Shown here in pieces: positions 56,154-64,000 of a stretch of DNA of 64,000 nucleotides. The translations under genes and the position numbers were made by a program. The stretch is from positions 62,283 through 126,282 of the forward strand of contig JAZNFQ010000008.1 of NCBI GenBank assembly GCA_045576075.1. The letters run 5' to 3'. Position 1 is the first letter of the stretch. The number at the start of each line of letters is the position of its first letter. The notes beneath the pieces are model-generated. The model was not told the DNA's origin. It ran no database searches and saw nothing but the letters and a program-made list of their open reading frames with translations. This DNA is from Clostridia bacterium (GTDB taxonomy: Bacteria; Bacillota; Clostridia; Monoglobales; Monoglobaceae).

Positions 56154-56936
56154 GATAGCTCTTTTATATATAATTAATGTAAGTCCAACGATAAATAATG
56201 CGATTGATAAAAGCTGTGACACTCTGAAAAATCCAAGGTATAAAGAGTCGGCACGCAAGCCTTCTATGAGAGCCCGCCCTATGCCATACCATACCATATA
56301 TCCGCAAAAGAGCTCTCCGTTAAAGCTCTTTATTTTTTTATAGAATAAGAGAACAGCTATACCGAGTGTGTTACAGAGAGACTCGTATAAAAACGTAGGG
56401 TGAACCATATCGGCAACCATTTTACCATCGGATTCTATCGACATTGCCCAGGGAAGAGCCGTCGGTCCGCCAAAGGCCTCGCCATTGACAAAATTGCCCC
56501 ATCGCCCGATTGCCTGACCAATCAAGAGCCCTATTGCTAAAATATCAAGGACAGAGCCAATGCTGATTTTTGCTCTGCGACAATAGGCTAAAATTACGAT
56601 TACTATACCTATTATACCGCCATATATCGCAAGACCGCCGCCTCGGATGTTGAAGATGCTTGCTAAACTTCCTTTGTATAGATTAAAGTTGAATATGACA
56701 TAATATGCCCTTGCGCAAATTATTGCAGTCGGAAGGGCGATAAGCAGCATATTGAATATATGCTCGCTGTCAAAGCCTGTGCGCTTACACTCGAAATAGG
56801 CATAGCAAAGCGCAAGTATTATGCCGAGTGCAATCAAAATTCCGTACCAATACACAGAAAAGCCTCCAATGGTTATAGCGGCACGGTTAATCTCAAAGGA
56901 TAAACCAAGCTTTGGAAAGGAAATAACATTTATCAT
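56142..56936 (-). CDS. lgt: prolipoprotein diacylglyceryl transferase
   Basis: 264 aa with GRWGNFVNGEAFG. Confidence 0.9.
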   Translation of the reverse strand: MINVISFPKLGLSFEINRAAITIGGFSVYWYGILIALGIILALCYAYFECKRTGFDSEHIFNMLLIALPTAIICARAYYVIFNFNLYKGSLASIFNIRGGGLAIYGGIIGIVIVILAYCRRAKISIGSVLDILAIGLLIGQAIGRWGNFVNGEAFGGPTALPWAMSIESDGKMVADMVHPTFLYESLCNTLGIAVLLFYKKIKSFNGELFCGYMVWYGIGRALIEGLRADSLYLGFFRVSQLLSIALFIVGLTLIIYKRAIKKG

Positions 56937-56949
56937 AATATCCGCTCCT

Positions 56950-58245
56950 TTAGCTCTGGCTATTTGGTCTTACCACTGATAATACGCAGTTAGAGGTGTC
57001 AAAATGCTCACAAAGACGGTGGTGAACATCATCCGCTGTGACACTTTCAATCGCAGATCTGTACTCAAGGGGATTTTGGTTGCTTAAAACCTGATGAATA
57101 AATGCGTGTCCCATATTTTCCACGTTGTTAAATAGTCTTATGTCCTGCGAAAGCATAACCTTTTTTGCACGCTCGATAAGGCTGTCATCAATTCTGTTTT
57201 TCATAAATAATTCAAGACGCGATTTTATTATTTCGTAAACCTCTTCAGGATGAGCGGACTCTCCGCCGATAAGCGTAAATCCGTATTCACTTTCAAGTTC
57301 AACCTCTGTGCCAAAGCTCGAGTCTATAAGCCCCTTTTCGTAAAGCTCAAGATACAGGTCACTGCTCTTGCTGAAAATCGCTTCAAGAATAATTTCTGTT
57401 GCTATTTCCTTTTTTAATAATTCCTCACCGCTCATACCAGGGGAATTGTCCTTAAAGGCAATTCTGAAAATCGGCTGAGAAACAGATAGTTTCTGCTCGA
57501 TATATTCCTGAACTCTTTCCCTTGGCTCATCAACTGTTTGTCTTTCAATTTTTCCAAGATTTTTTTCAGGCAAAACGTGTTTGTCGACATATTTAAGTGC
57601 TTCCTCGATATCGACATCGCCAACGAGAACCAATACCATATTCGACGGATTGTAAAAGGTATTATAGCACTTATAGAGTATATCAGGAGTAATTTTTGCG
57701 ATACTTTCAACTGTTCCTGCTATATCAACCTTTACGGGATTGTTGTGAAACATTGCGGAAAGTGCATTGAAAAACACTCGCCACTCGGGTTCATCATCAT
57801 ACATTTTTATTTCCTGACCTATAATGCCCTGCTCCTTTGCGACGTTTTCATCAGTAAAGCAGGGATGGTTTACAAAATCAAGCAGAATATCGAGATTTTC
57901 ATAAAATTTATCTGTGCAGGAAAAGAGATACGCTGTAAGATTAAATGAGGTAAAAGCGTTACTGCTTGCGCCTGTTTGAGCAAAGCGGTCAAATGCATTG
58001 CTGCCGTCCTCTTCCTCAAACATTTTATGTTCAAGAAAATGAGCAACCCCGTCGGGAATGGTTATCGGCTCGCTCTCGCCCGGTACTGTAAATGTTTGGT
58101 TTATCGAACCATATGCGGTGCCGTAGATAGCATAGTATTTGCTAAAGCCTGTTTTGGGGAAAACATAAACCCGCAGACCGCTCTTGTGGAGGGCATAATG
58201 CATTTCTTCGCCAAGATTAGAATTTACAAATTTTTGTATACTCAT
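56950..58245 (-). CDS. M16-family zinc peptidase (active-site type)
   Basis: 431 aa with the inverted zinc motif HFLEH. Confidence 0.8.
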   Translation of the reverse strand: MSIQKFVNSNLGEEMHYALHKSGLRVYVFPKTGFSKYYAIYGTAYGSINQTFTVPGESEPITIPDGVAHFLEHKMFEEEDGSNAFDRFAQTGASSNAFTSFNLTAYLFSCTDKFYENLDILLDFVNHPCFTDENVAKEQGIIGQEIKMYDDEPEWRVFFNALSAMFHNNPVKVDIAGTVESIAKITPDILYKCYNTFYNPSNMVLVLVGDVDIEEALKYVDKHVLPEKNLGKIERQTVDEPRERVQEYIEQKLSVSQPIFRIAFKDNSPGMSGEELLKKEIATEIILEAIFSKSSDLYLELYEKGLIDSSFGTEVELESEYGFTLIGGESAHPEEVYEIIKSRLELFMKNRIDDSLIERAKKVMLSQDIRLFNNVENMGHAFIHQVLSNQNPLEYRSAIESVTADDVHHRLCEHFDTSNCVLSVVRPNSQS

Positions 58246-59531
58246 TTTTGCACCTCCCCATTACCCTTTAAAAAGTATACGGTATCAAATTTTATCTTTT
58301 TCATTACCGATGTTATTTGTGACTTTTCTACCTTGCAGATATTATCAATCAAGTCGGAAATAGTCTGGCGGCTTCCCATAATAATCTGGCTTAAATAGTA
58401 GTCCTCCATACCATGAAGGCTGTCAGTTATTGAGTTATAGGAGTTTGTGAGATACTTTTTTGCAGCCTCAATTTCAAAATCATCAATTTCGCCGTCTTGC
58501 ATTTTCTTAAATTGGAGCATAATCTCATCGTATGCTGCCTGATAATTTTCGGTTTGTATTCCTGAGCTTATCAGCATAACACTCTTAAAACGTGAGGTTT
58601 TTGCAAATGCATAGTACGCAAGGCTCAGCTTTTCGCGGACATTGTTAAAGAGCTTTGAAAACGGACTTCCGCCGAAGATACAGCTTGCAAGGATAAGAGC
58701 AAAGCACTCATCTGAGGTCGGGTCAACACCGCAACGGAGTCCCATACAAAGCTTGCTTTGCACAACGTCTGCATCCTCAACAACAGTTTTTATTTCTCTA
58801 TCTGTGTTTTCTGCTATCTCTGTTTTGATATAATCAGCATTTCTCGGTGCAAAGGAAGAGGCAAGAGTTTCCTTTGTTTTCGAAACTATAGTTTCATCGA
58901 TATTTCCGCTGATGAAAATATCAACCTTTGCGTTTGAAATTATGTCAAGGTAAAATTCGTATAAGTTTTGCGGAGTAATGTCATCCAAATCTTCGGTATA
59001 TCCTGCCTCAAAAATTCCATAGCTATCCTGACCAAACATTGCCTCGCGGCACTTTAACTCTGCATAAGCCTTTTTGTCATTTATCAGTCCCAAAATGGCA
59101 TTTTTAAGGTTGTTTTTCTCGCCTGCAACATATTCCCCAACAAAACCATTGTTCTCTGTGAGAGGGGAGAAGATGTAGTCCCTTAAAAACTCGGTAACAG
59201 AGGAGGTTAAGTCCTCAGGGATATATTTCCCTGAAATATACTCCATTGAGAAATATAAAACCTCACAGTCGCCCTTGAGTCTTGCGCCCGCACGAAGAGA
59301 TGCGCTGTAAAGATCATCGAGGCGGCGGGACATATCCTTCATAGTGGGGTATTTTTCGCATCCGCGTTTTAAAACGGACGGCAAAAGAGCCGCCCGTGTA
59401 ACAGTATCTCTTTTAAGAGGTATGCTGAAGAAAACGCTTATCAGATTAGTTTTAAATTTCGGCGCGTTGATAATATGCAAATCAACCCCGCAAAACAGAT
59501 TTTTACTTTCCAAATATGACATCTCCTTCAT
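58242..59531 (-). CDS. M16-family peptidase partner subunit (no HxxEH seen)
   Basis: 429 aa of the same fold family. It overlaps the downstream M16 gene by 4 nt, and no HxxEH motif is visible. Confidence 0.7.
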   Translation of the reverse strand: MKEMSYLESKNLFCGVDLHIINAPKFKTNLISVFFSIPLKRDTVTRAALLPSVLKRGCEKYPTMKDMSRRLDDLYSASLRAGARLKGDCEVLYFSMEYISGKYIPEDLTSSVTEFLRDYIFSPLTENNGFVGEYVAGEKNNLKNAILGLINDKKAYAELKCREAMFGQDSYGIFEAGYTEDLDDITPQNLYEFYLDIISNAKVDIFISGNIDETIVSKTKETLASSFAPRNADYIKTEIAENTDREIKTVVEDADVVQSKLCMGLRCGVDPTSDECFALILASCIFGGSPFSKLFNNVREKLSLAYYAFAKTSRFKSVMLISSGIQTENYQAAYDEIMLQFKKMQDGEIDDFEIEAAKKYLTNSYNSITDSLHGMEDYYLSQIIMGSRQTISDLIDNICKVEKSQITSVMKKIKFDTVYFLKGNGEVQK

Positions 59532-59572
59532 TTAATTTACAATATTTATAAATTTACCGATTTGTTAATTAC

Positions 59573-60721
59573 TTATTCATTACCTGTGCCGCCTGAGGCA
59601 ATTTTTGATGCATTACGATTGTCAATGGCATCGCTGATAATATTGCTGAGGAGAGCAACTACGGGGACACCTATGAATATTCCTAAAATTCCAAAGAGTC
59701 CGCCGCCGAGGACAACGCCAAGGATAACCAGCAAGGGTTTTATAGAAAGTGAGTTTGCAATCAGGCGCGGTTGTATTATGTTTGCGTCGATTTGCTGTAT
59801 AACAATCAGGATAATTACAAGCACCAGAGTGTTTATAAAGCTAGCGGTTGTAATAAGTGTTATAAGAGCCGCAATCGTTATGGCGATAAATGCACCAAAA
59901 TATGGTATCAGGTTGAAGCTTCCGACCATAAGAGCAATAACTCCTGCGTATTCTACATTCATAATTGACAATGCAATCAGGCACAGAAGAAAAACTATTA
60001 CCGCGTCAAGAAGCTGACAGCTTATATATCTGTTAATAAAACTTGCAATTGTACGGCAGTAAAAAACAAGATTACTTCTGAATTTCTCTGGCAGGCAAGC
60101 CCTAGAAAAATGAGAAAAGGCTCTCTTGATTTGCTTGCGTTCAAGCAGCATATAAACCGATATAATTATGCCGATAAATATGTCGGCGAGCGATGAGCCG
60201 ACGTTTATTACGCCTTGTGCATATTTGTTCATACTTTTAAAATCAAAGAATTTAAGAATTTCGTCGAAGGTGAAGAAATTGCTGTTCAGGATATTTTGAA
60301 CGCTTTTTTCGTCAATTGTGTATATGCCAAGAGAGTTAAACCAGTTGACAAGCGAACGAAGCATACCGGGAACTTGTTCGATGAAGATTTTAATACTTTC
60401 GACAAGCTGCGGGATTATTGCAAACATAATAAGAGCAATTGACGCAAGCAATATAAGGTAAACAATTAGAACCGCAACCCCCCGTCTGTGCTTTGAGAGA
60501 AAATCAAGCTTTGTCTTGTGCAGCAGGATTTCCATACGCTTGCACGGAATACGTAGCACGAAGGCAATGCCTGCACCGATAAAGAATGGTGTCAGCAAAT
60601 TAAAAATTTTGCCTATAAAATCTATTATTACATTTAAGTTATCAAAGGTTTTATAGACGATAATTAAGGCTACGGACAGAATAAATAATCCAAGATATTT
60701 TTTTAATTCCTGAAATTTCAA
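59573..60721 (-). CDS. AI-2E (PerM/YtvI-like) family transporter
   Basis: 382 aa with ~8 TM segments and the family-typical C-terminal GILGIFIGVPVVA. Confidence 0.75.
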   Translation of the reverse strand: MKFQELKKYLGLFILSVALIIVYKTFDNLNVIIDFIGKIFNLLTPFFIGAGIAFVLRIPCKRMEILLHKTKLDFLSKHRRGVAVLIVYLILLASIALIMFAIIPQLVESIKIFIEQVPGMLRSLVNWFNSLGIYTIDEKSVQNILNSNFFTFDEILKFFDFKSMNKYAQGVINVGSSLADIFIGIIISVYMLLERKQIKRAFSHFSRACLPEKFRSNLVFYCRTIASFINRYISCQLLDAVIVFLLCLIALSIMNVEYAGVIALMVGSFNLIPYFGAFIAITIAALITLITTASFINTLVLVIILIVIQQIDANIIQPRLIANSLSIKPLLVILGVVLGGGLFGILGIFIGVPVVALLSNIISDAIDNRNASKIASGGTGNE

Positions 60722-60823
60722 GAGAGCTCACTCCTTTTTGGTACTACTTTGATAAGTATATCATATTTTTTTCAAATAGTAAACATATTATGGCAAAAAA
60801 TGTTGTAATTATTTTTGCAGGTA

Positions 60824-60852
60824 TTGACAAAAATAATGCGTGTTTGTATAAT
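60824..60852 (+). promoter_or_regulatory. consensus sigma-A promoter located inside the 5' end of the longest permease ORF
   Basis: TTGACA, 17-nt spacer, TATAAT. Both hexamers are perfect. Confidence 0.6.
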
Positions 60853-60915
60853 AAGAAATTGCGCGAAGGAGAGAAAAATAAAGTTTGCGCAAATATACTT
60901 ACGGGAGCTTTTACT

Positions 60916-62010
60916 GTGGGGTTTATAAAGAAAAATATTGTGATGTGTATCGCCGCGTTGGCGGCGCTTATAACGGCGCTTATTGTGCCGCCTGACAAAG
61001 AATATTTGGGATATTTTGATTTTAAGACGCTGACTTGTCTTTTTTGTACTTTGGCAACAGTTTGTGCTTTTGGTAATATAAATTTCTTCCATATTGTCGC
61101 AAAGAAGATAGTCAGTGTGTTTAAAAGTATAAGAACTGCGGTTATTGCGCTTGTTTACATAACGTTTATAGGGTCTATGCTTATTGCAAATGATATGGCG
61201 CTTATAACATTTCTGCCTCTTGGATTTTACGTGCTTAAATCCACAAATAATGAAAAGTATATGGCGTTTACCTTTATTATGCAAAATATATCTGCAAATC
61301 TTGGCGGAATGCTCACTCCCTTTGGAAACCCGCAAAACTTATATCTGTATACATACTACAACATTTCAAATGCAGAATTCGTAAAAATAATGCTCTTGCC
61401 GTTCGTTGTTTCAATAATATTGATTACTCTGTGTTGCTTTACTCTGCCGAAGGAGGAGCTTGTTTTAAATAAAAAGCAGGGTATGGAGTTAAACGTCAGC
61501 AGAACTATAGCATATACTATTCTTTTTGTACTCTCGATTGCGATAGTCTTCAGGACAATTCCGTACTATTGGGGGCTTATAGTAATTATCCCCGCCTTAC
61601 TGATACTTGACCGTGATGCGCTAAAGGATGTAGATTATCCGTTATTACTTACATTTTGTGCCTTTTTTGTGTTTGCTGGAAATATGGCAAGAATTCCTGC
61701 GGTAAATAATTTCCTCAGGGATATTATAGAAAAGAATACACTTTTATACGGAGTTTTATCCTGTCAGGCGATAAGTAATGTGCCAAGCGCGATTTTGCTG
61801 TCAAAATTTACGGAAAATTATCCGCAGCTTTTGGTCGCGGTCAATATAGGAGGAGCGGGTTCACTCATTGCCTCGCTTGCAAGTTTGATTACATTCAGGG
61901 AATATGCAAAACGCGAACCTAATAACCTTATCGGATACCTGAAAAGCTTTTCTATATACAATTTTGGAATTTTGATTATCTTGCTTGTGGTAATGAGTTT
62001 TGTGTTTTAA
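60916..62010 (+). CDS. ArsB/NhaD-superfamily (CitMHS-like) anion permease
   Basis: Polytopic with LTPFGNPQNLYLY. The track start at 60790 precedes a consensus promoter. The GTG at 60916 has GGGAG 8 nt upstream; the ATG at 60943 is an alternative. Confidence 0.65.
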   Translation: MGFIKKNIVMCIAALAALITALIVPPDKEYLGYFDFKTLTCLFCTLATVCAFGNINFFHIVAKKIVSVFKSIRTAVIALVYITFIGSMLIANDMALITFLPLGFYVLKSTNNEKYMAFTFIMQNISANLGGMLTPFGNPQNLYLYTYYNISNAEFVKIMLLPFVVSIILITLCCFTLPKEELVLNKKQGMELNVSRTIAYTILFVLSIAIVFRTIPYYWGLIVIIPALLILDRDALKDVDYPLLLTFCAFFVFAGNMARIPAVNNFLRDIIEKNTLLYGVLSCQAISNVPSAILLSKFTENYPQLLVAVNIGGAGSLIASLASLITFREYAKREPNNLIGYLKSFSIYNFGILIILLVVMSFVF

Positions 62011-62033
62011 TTGTTTTAAGATGCTTTGCATTC

Positions 62034-62205
62034 TTTGTAGGGACCGGCGTCCTCGACGGTCCGTTTGGAACCGAATTGAATTTTTTGAATGAATCCCCCC
62101 TGAAATCCTGACGGATTTCTTCCCCCCTTGCCTAAAGGGAGGGGGACCACCGAAGGTGGTGGAGGGATTTGCCCCTCTCGGACGGTAATGTAAAAATTCA
62201 ATTCG
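62034..62205. repeat. GC-rich hairpin-array repeat (element C) closed by a 14-bp long-range helix
   Basis: 62034-62063 is the reverse complement of 51085-51114. CGAATTGAATTTTT (62072-85) pairs with AAAAATTCAATTCG (62192-205). Internal hairpins are GAAATCC/GGATTTC, a C6TT/AAGGGAGGGGG stem, ACCACC-GAA-GGTGGT and GAGGG/CCCTC. Confidence 0.65.
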
Positions 62206-62209
62206 ATTT

Positions 62210-62246
62210 AAAAAGCCCTTGGAGGTTATAACCTCCAAGGGCTTTT
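62210..62246. terminator. bidirectional terminator between the permease and ileS
   Basis: 14-bp palindrome GCCCTTGGAGGTTA/TAACCTCCAAGGGC flanked by an A-run and a T-run. Confidence 0.85.
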
Positions 62247-62252
62247 GTGTGA

Positions 62253-64000
62253 CTAAATTTTGTTGATTGAAATTGAAACCTTCTCGCCGTTGATGTTCCA
62301 TTCTTTAGCGTCTGTTGAAGCGGTTGCAGTAATGGTGTCTGCCAAGGTCTGTGCCTTGATTTCTTCTGCATTTGCATCAAATACAGAAACGATTTTATCA
62401 CTGCCTTCAAATTCAACAGAAATCTTATCCGTAACCTCAAAACCGCTGTCTTTACGCATAGTCTGGATTTTACTGATAATTTCACGCACAAAGCCTTCTT
62501 CGATGAGTGCATCGGTAAGGTTGGTGTCAAGAACTGCTGTGTAGCCCGCTTCTGTTGCGGATACAAAACCGTCTTTTTGCTGGGTGTCTACCAAGACATC
62601 GTCCTTGAATATTTCTACATCTGTGCCTTCAACAGTCAGCTTAAGTGCCTCGCCGCTGTTTAGAGTTTCCATAACCTCCCCTGAGTCAAGCTCTGCAATT
62701 GCGTCGAAAATGGGACGCATAAGCTTTCCGTATTTCGGACCCATTGTACGCATCTGGGGCTTGAAGGTATAGCTTATAAAGTTTGAGGCGTCATTTGTAA
62801 ATTCAACCTCTTTGATATTAAGCTCCTCTAAAATTATGTCGGCATAGTCCTTGTTTATCTCGCAGGGAGCCTGCGCGTAAACCTTTGGGAGAGGCTGTCT
62901 GTTCTTGATATTGGCCTCGTTTCTTGCCGCACGTCCCAGCATAACAAGTTTGCGGATTGCGTCCATATCAGCCTCAATTTCGGGGAAGCTGAGTTCATCC
63001 TTGAATTTCGGGAAGTCGCACATATGAACACTTTGCGGAGCATTCTTGTCAACCGAAATAACGAGGTTTTGATAAATCTCCTCTGTCATAAACGGAATAA
63101 AGGGTGCGCAAACCTTTGAGAACTCAACGAGAACTGTATAGAGTGTCATATAAGCACAAACCTTATCATCGGTAAGCTCGCTTGCCCAGAATCTTGTACG
63201 GCTTCTGCGCACATACCAGTTGCTCAATTCGTCGACAAACTCTGTCATTGCACGTGTTGCCTCGGTAATCTTGTAATTTTCGAGGAAGCTGTCAACTGTC
63301 TTGATAAGAGTATTCAGCTTTGACAAAATCCATTTATCAAGAACTGTAAGCTTATTTGTATCAAGAGTATACTTGGTCGGGTCAAACTTATCTATATTTG
63401 CATAGAGCACATAGAACGCATAAGTGTTCCAAAGCGTGCCGAGGAACTTTCTCTGTGACTCTGAAACATTCTTTGCAGAAAATCTGTTCGGAAGCCAGGG
63501 TGCAGAGTTTGAATAGAAGTACCAGCGAACAGCATCACTGCCCTGGTCGTTTAATATATCCATCGGCAAAATAACGTTACCCTTATGCTTACTCATCTTT
63601 ATGCCCTTGTCATCCTGAACGTGACCGAGAACAACGACATTTTTATAAGGAGCCTCATCAAAAATCAGAGTAGAGATTGCCATAAGAGTATAGAACCAAC
63701 CTCTTGTCTGGTCGATAGCCTCACTAATAAAGTCAGCGGGGAAGTTTTGCTCAAACTTCTCTTTGTTCTCAAACGGATAGTGCCATTGTGCAAATGGCAT
63801 AGCACCTGAGTCAAACCAACAGTCTATAACCTCAGGAACACGCTTCATTTCGCCGCCGCACTTTTCACACTTGAGAAGTACGTTATCAACATATGGTTTG
63901 TGAAGCTCGATATCATCAGGACAGTTAATGCCCATTTCCTTAAGTTCAGAGATAGAGCCGATAACGTGTCTGTGACCGCAGGAGCATTCCCAAATAGGAA
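62253..64000 (-). CDS. ileS: isoleucine--tRNA ligase, C-terminal ~580 aa; 5' end lies outside the window
   Basis: KMSKHKGN motif. The frame stays open upstream of the first Met to the window edge (..PIWECSCGHRHVIGSISELKEMGINCP..). Confidence 0.9.
   Translation of the reverse strand, partial: PIWECSCGHRHVIGSISELKEMGINCPDDIELHKPYVDNVLLKCEKCGGEMKRVPEVIDCWFDSGAMPFAQWHYPFENKEKFEQNFPADFISEAIDQTRGWFYTLMAISTLIFDEAPYKNVVVLGHVQDDKGIKMSKHKGNVILPMDILNDQGSDAVRWYFYSNSAPWLPNRFSAKNVSESQRKFLGTLWNTYAFYVLYANIDKFDPTKYTLDTNKLTVLDKWILSKLNTLIKTVDSFLENYKITEATRAMTEFVDELSNWYVRRSRTRFWASELTDDKVCAYMTLYTVLVEFSKVCAPFIPFMTEEIYQNLVISVDKNAPQSVHMCDFPKFKDELSFPEIEADMDAIRKLVMLGRAARNEANIKNRQPLPKVYAQAPCEINKDYADIILEELNIKEVEFTNDASNFISYTFKPQMRTMGPKYGKLMRPIFDAIAELDSGEVMETLNSGEALKLTVEGTDVEIFKDDVLVDTQQKDGFVSATEAGYTAVLDTNLTDALIEEGFVREIISKIQTMRKDSGFEVTDKISVEFEGSDKIVSVFDANAEEIKAQTLADTITATASTDAKEWNINGEKVSISINKI

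Noticed and set aside
61861-62301. Track ORFs 61861-62301 (-) and 62016-62201 (-) across element C
   Set aside because: The reason is the same as for element A: Pro/Gly-rich translation of hairpin repeats. They also overlap the permease 3' end and the terminator.
1-64000. Mobile elements, prophage, defence islands, tRNA/rRNA genes
   Set aside because: I recognised no transposase, integrase, recombinase, phage structural, restriction-modification, toxin-antitoxin or Cas-like translation in any frame. No intergenic gap has a tRNA cloverleaf or rRNA-like sequence. Composition looks uniform along the window.

Overview
This 64-kb window looks like core chromosome of a spore-forming Clostridia-class Firmicute, at roughly 44% GC by eye. 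I saw no transposase, integrase, CRISPR array, tRNA or rRNA.

Gene content, all assigned from motifs in the supplied translations and from gene order (no database search was run):
- pyrD (3' end), pyrE and radC
- the complete spoIIIAA-AH operon
- asp23-nusB-xseAB-ispA
- rpsB-tsf
- a minus-strand block: zur-znuACB, degV, valS, folC
- rnfCDGEAB
- ylxM-ffh-rpsP-KH-rimM-trmD
- nadD-yqeK-LCP-rsfS-leuS
- aroB, dusB, proB
- spo0A and spoIVB
- cca, tmk, metK, rqcH
- a SleL/YaaH-like GH18 enzyme
- the [FeFe]-hydrogenase maturation genes TM1266-like regulator, hydG and hydF
- lgt, two M16 peptidases, two permeases, and the 3' part of ileS

Several starts in the ORF track are over-extended. I re-set them using ribosome-binding sites (RBS) and predicted promoters.

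The non-routine signals are all small or non-coding:
- A 44-codon ORF that is 73% Asn, with its own RBS and terminator, lying between spoIVB and a GerQ-like gene.
- A promoter, a ~125-nt long-hairpin RNA and a UUCG-loop terminator ahead of a small Cys-containing ORF.
- A promoter, leader and terminator ahead of the hyd maturation genes.
- A family of GC-rich hairpin-array repeats at three sites, two of which share an exact inverted 30-mer.
- A perfect 12-bp palindrome at the valS promoter.

None of these can be assigned a function from sequence alone.
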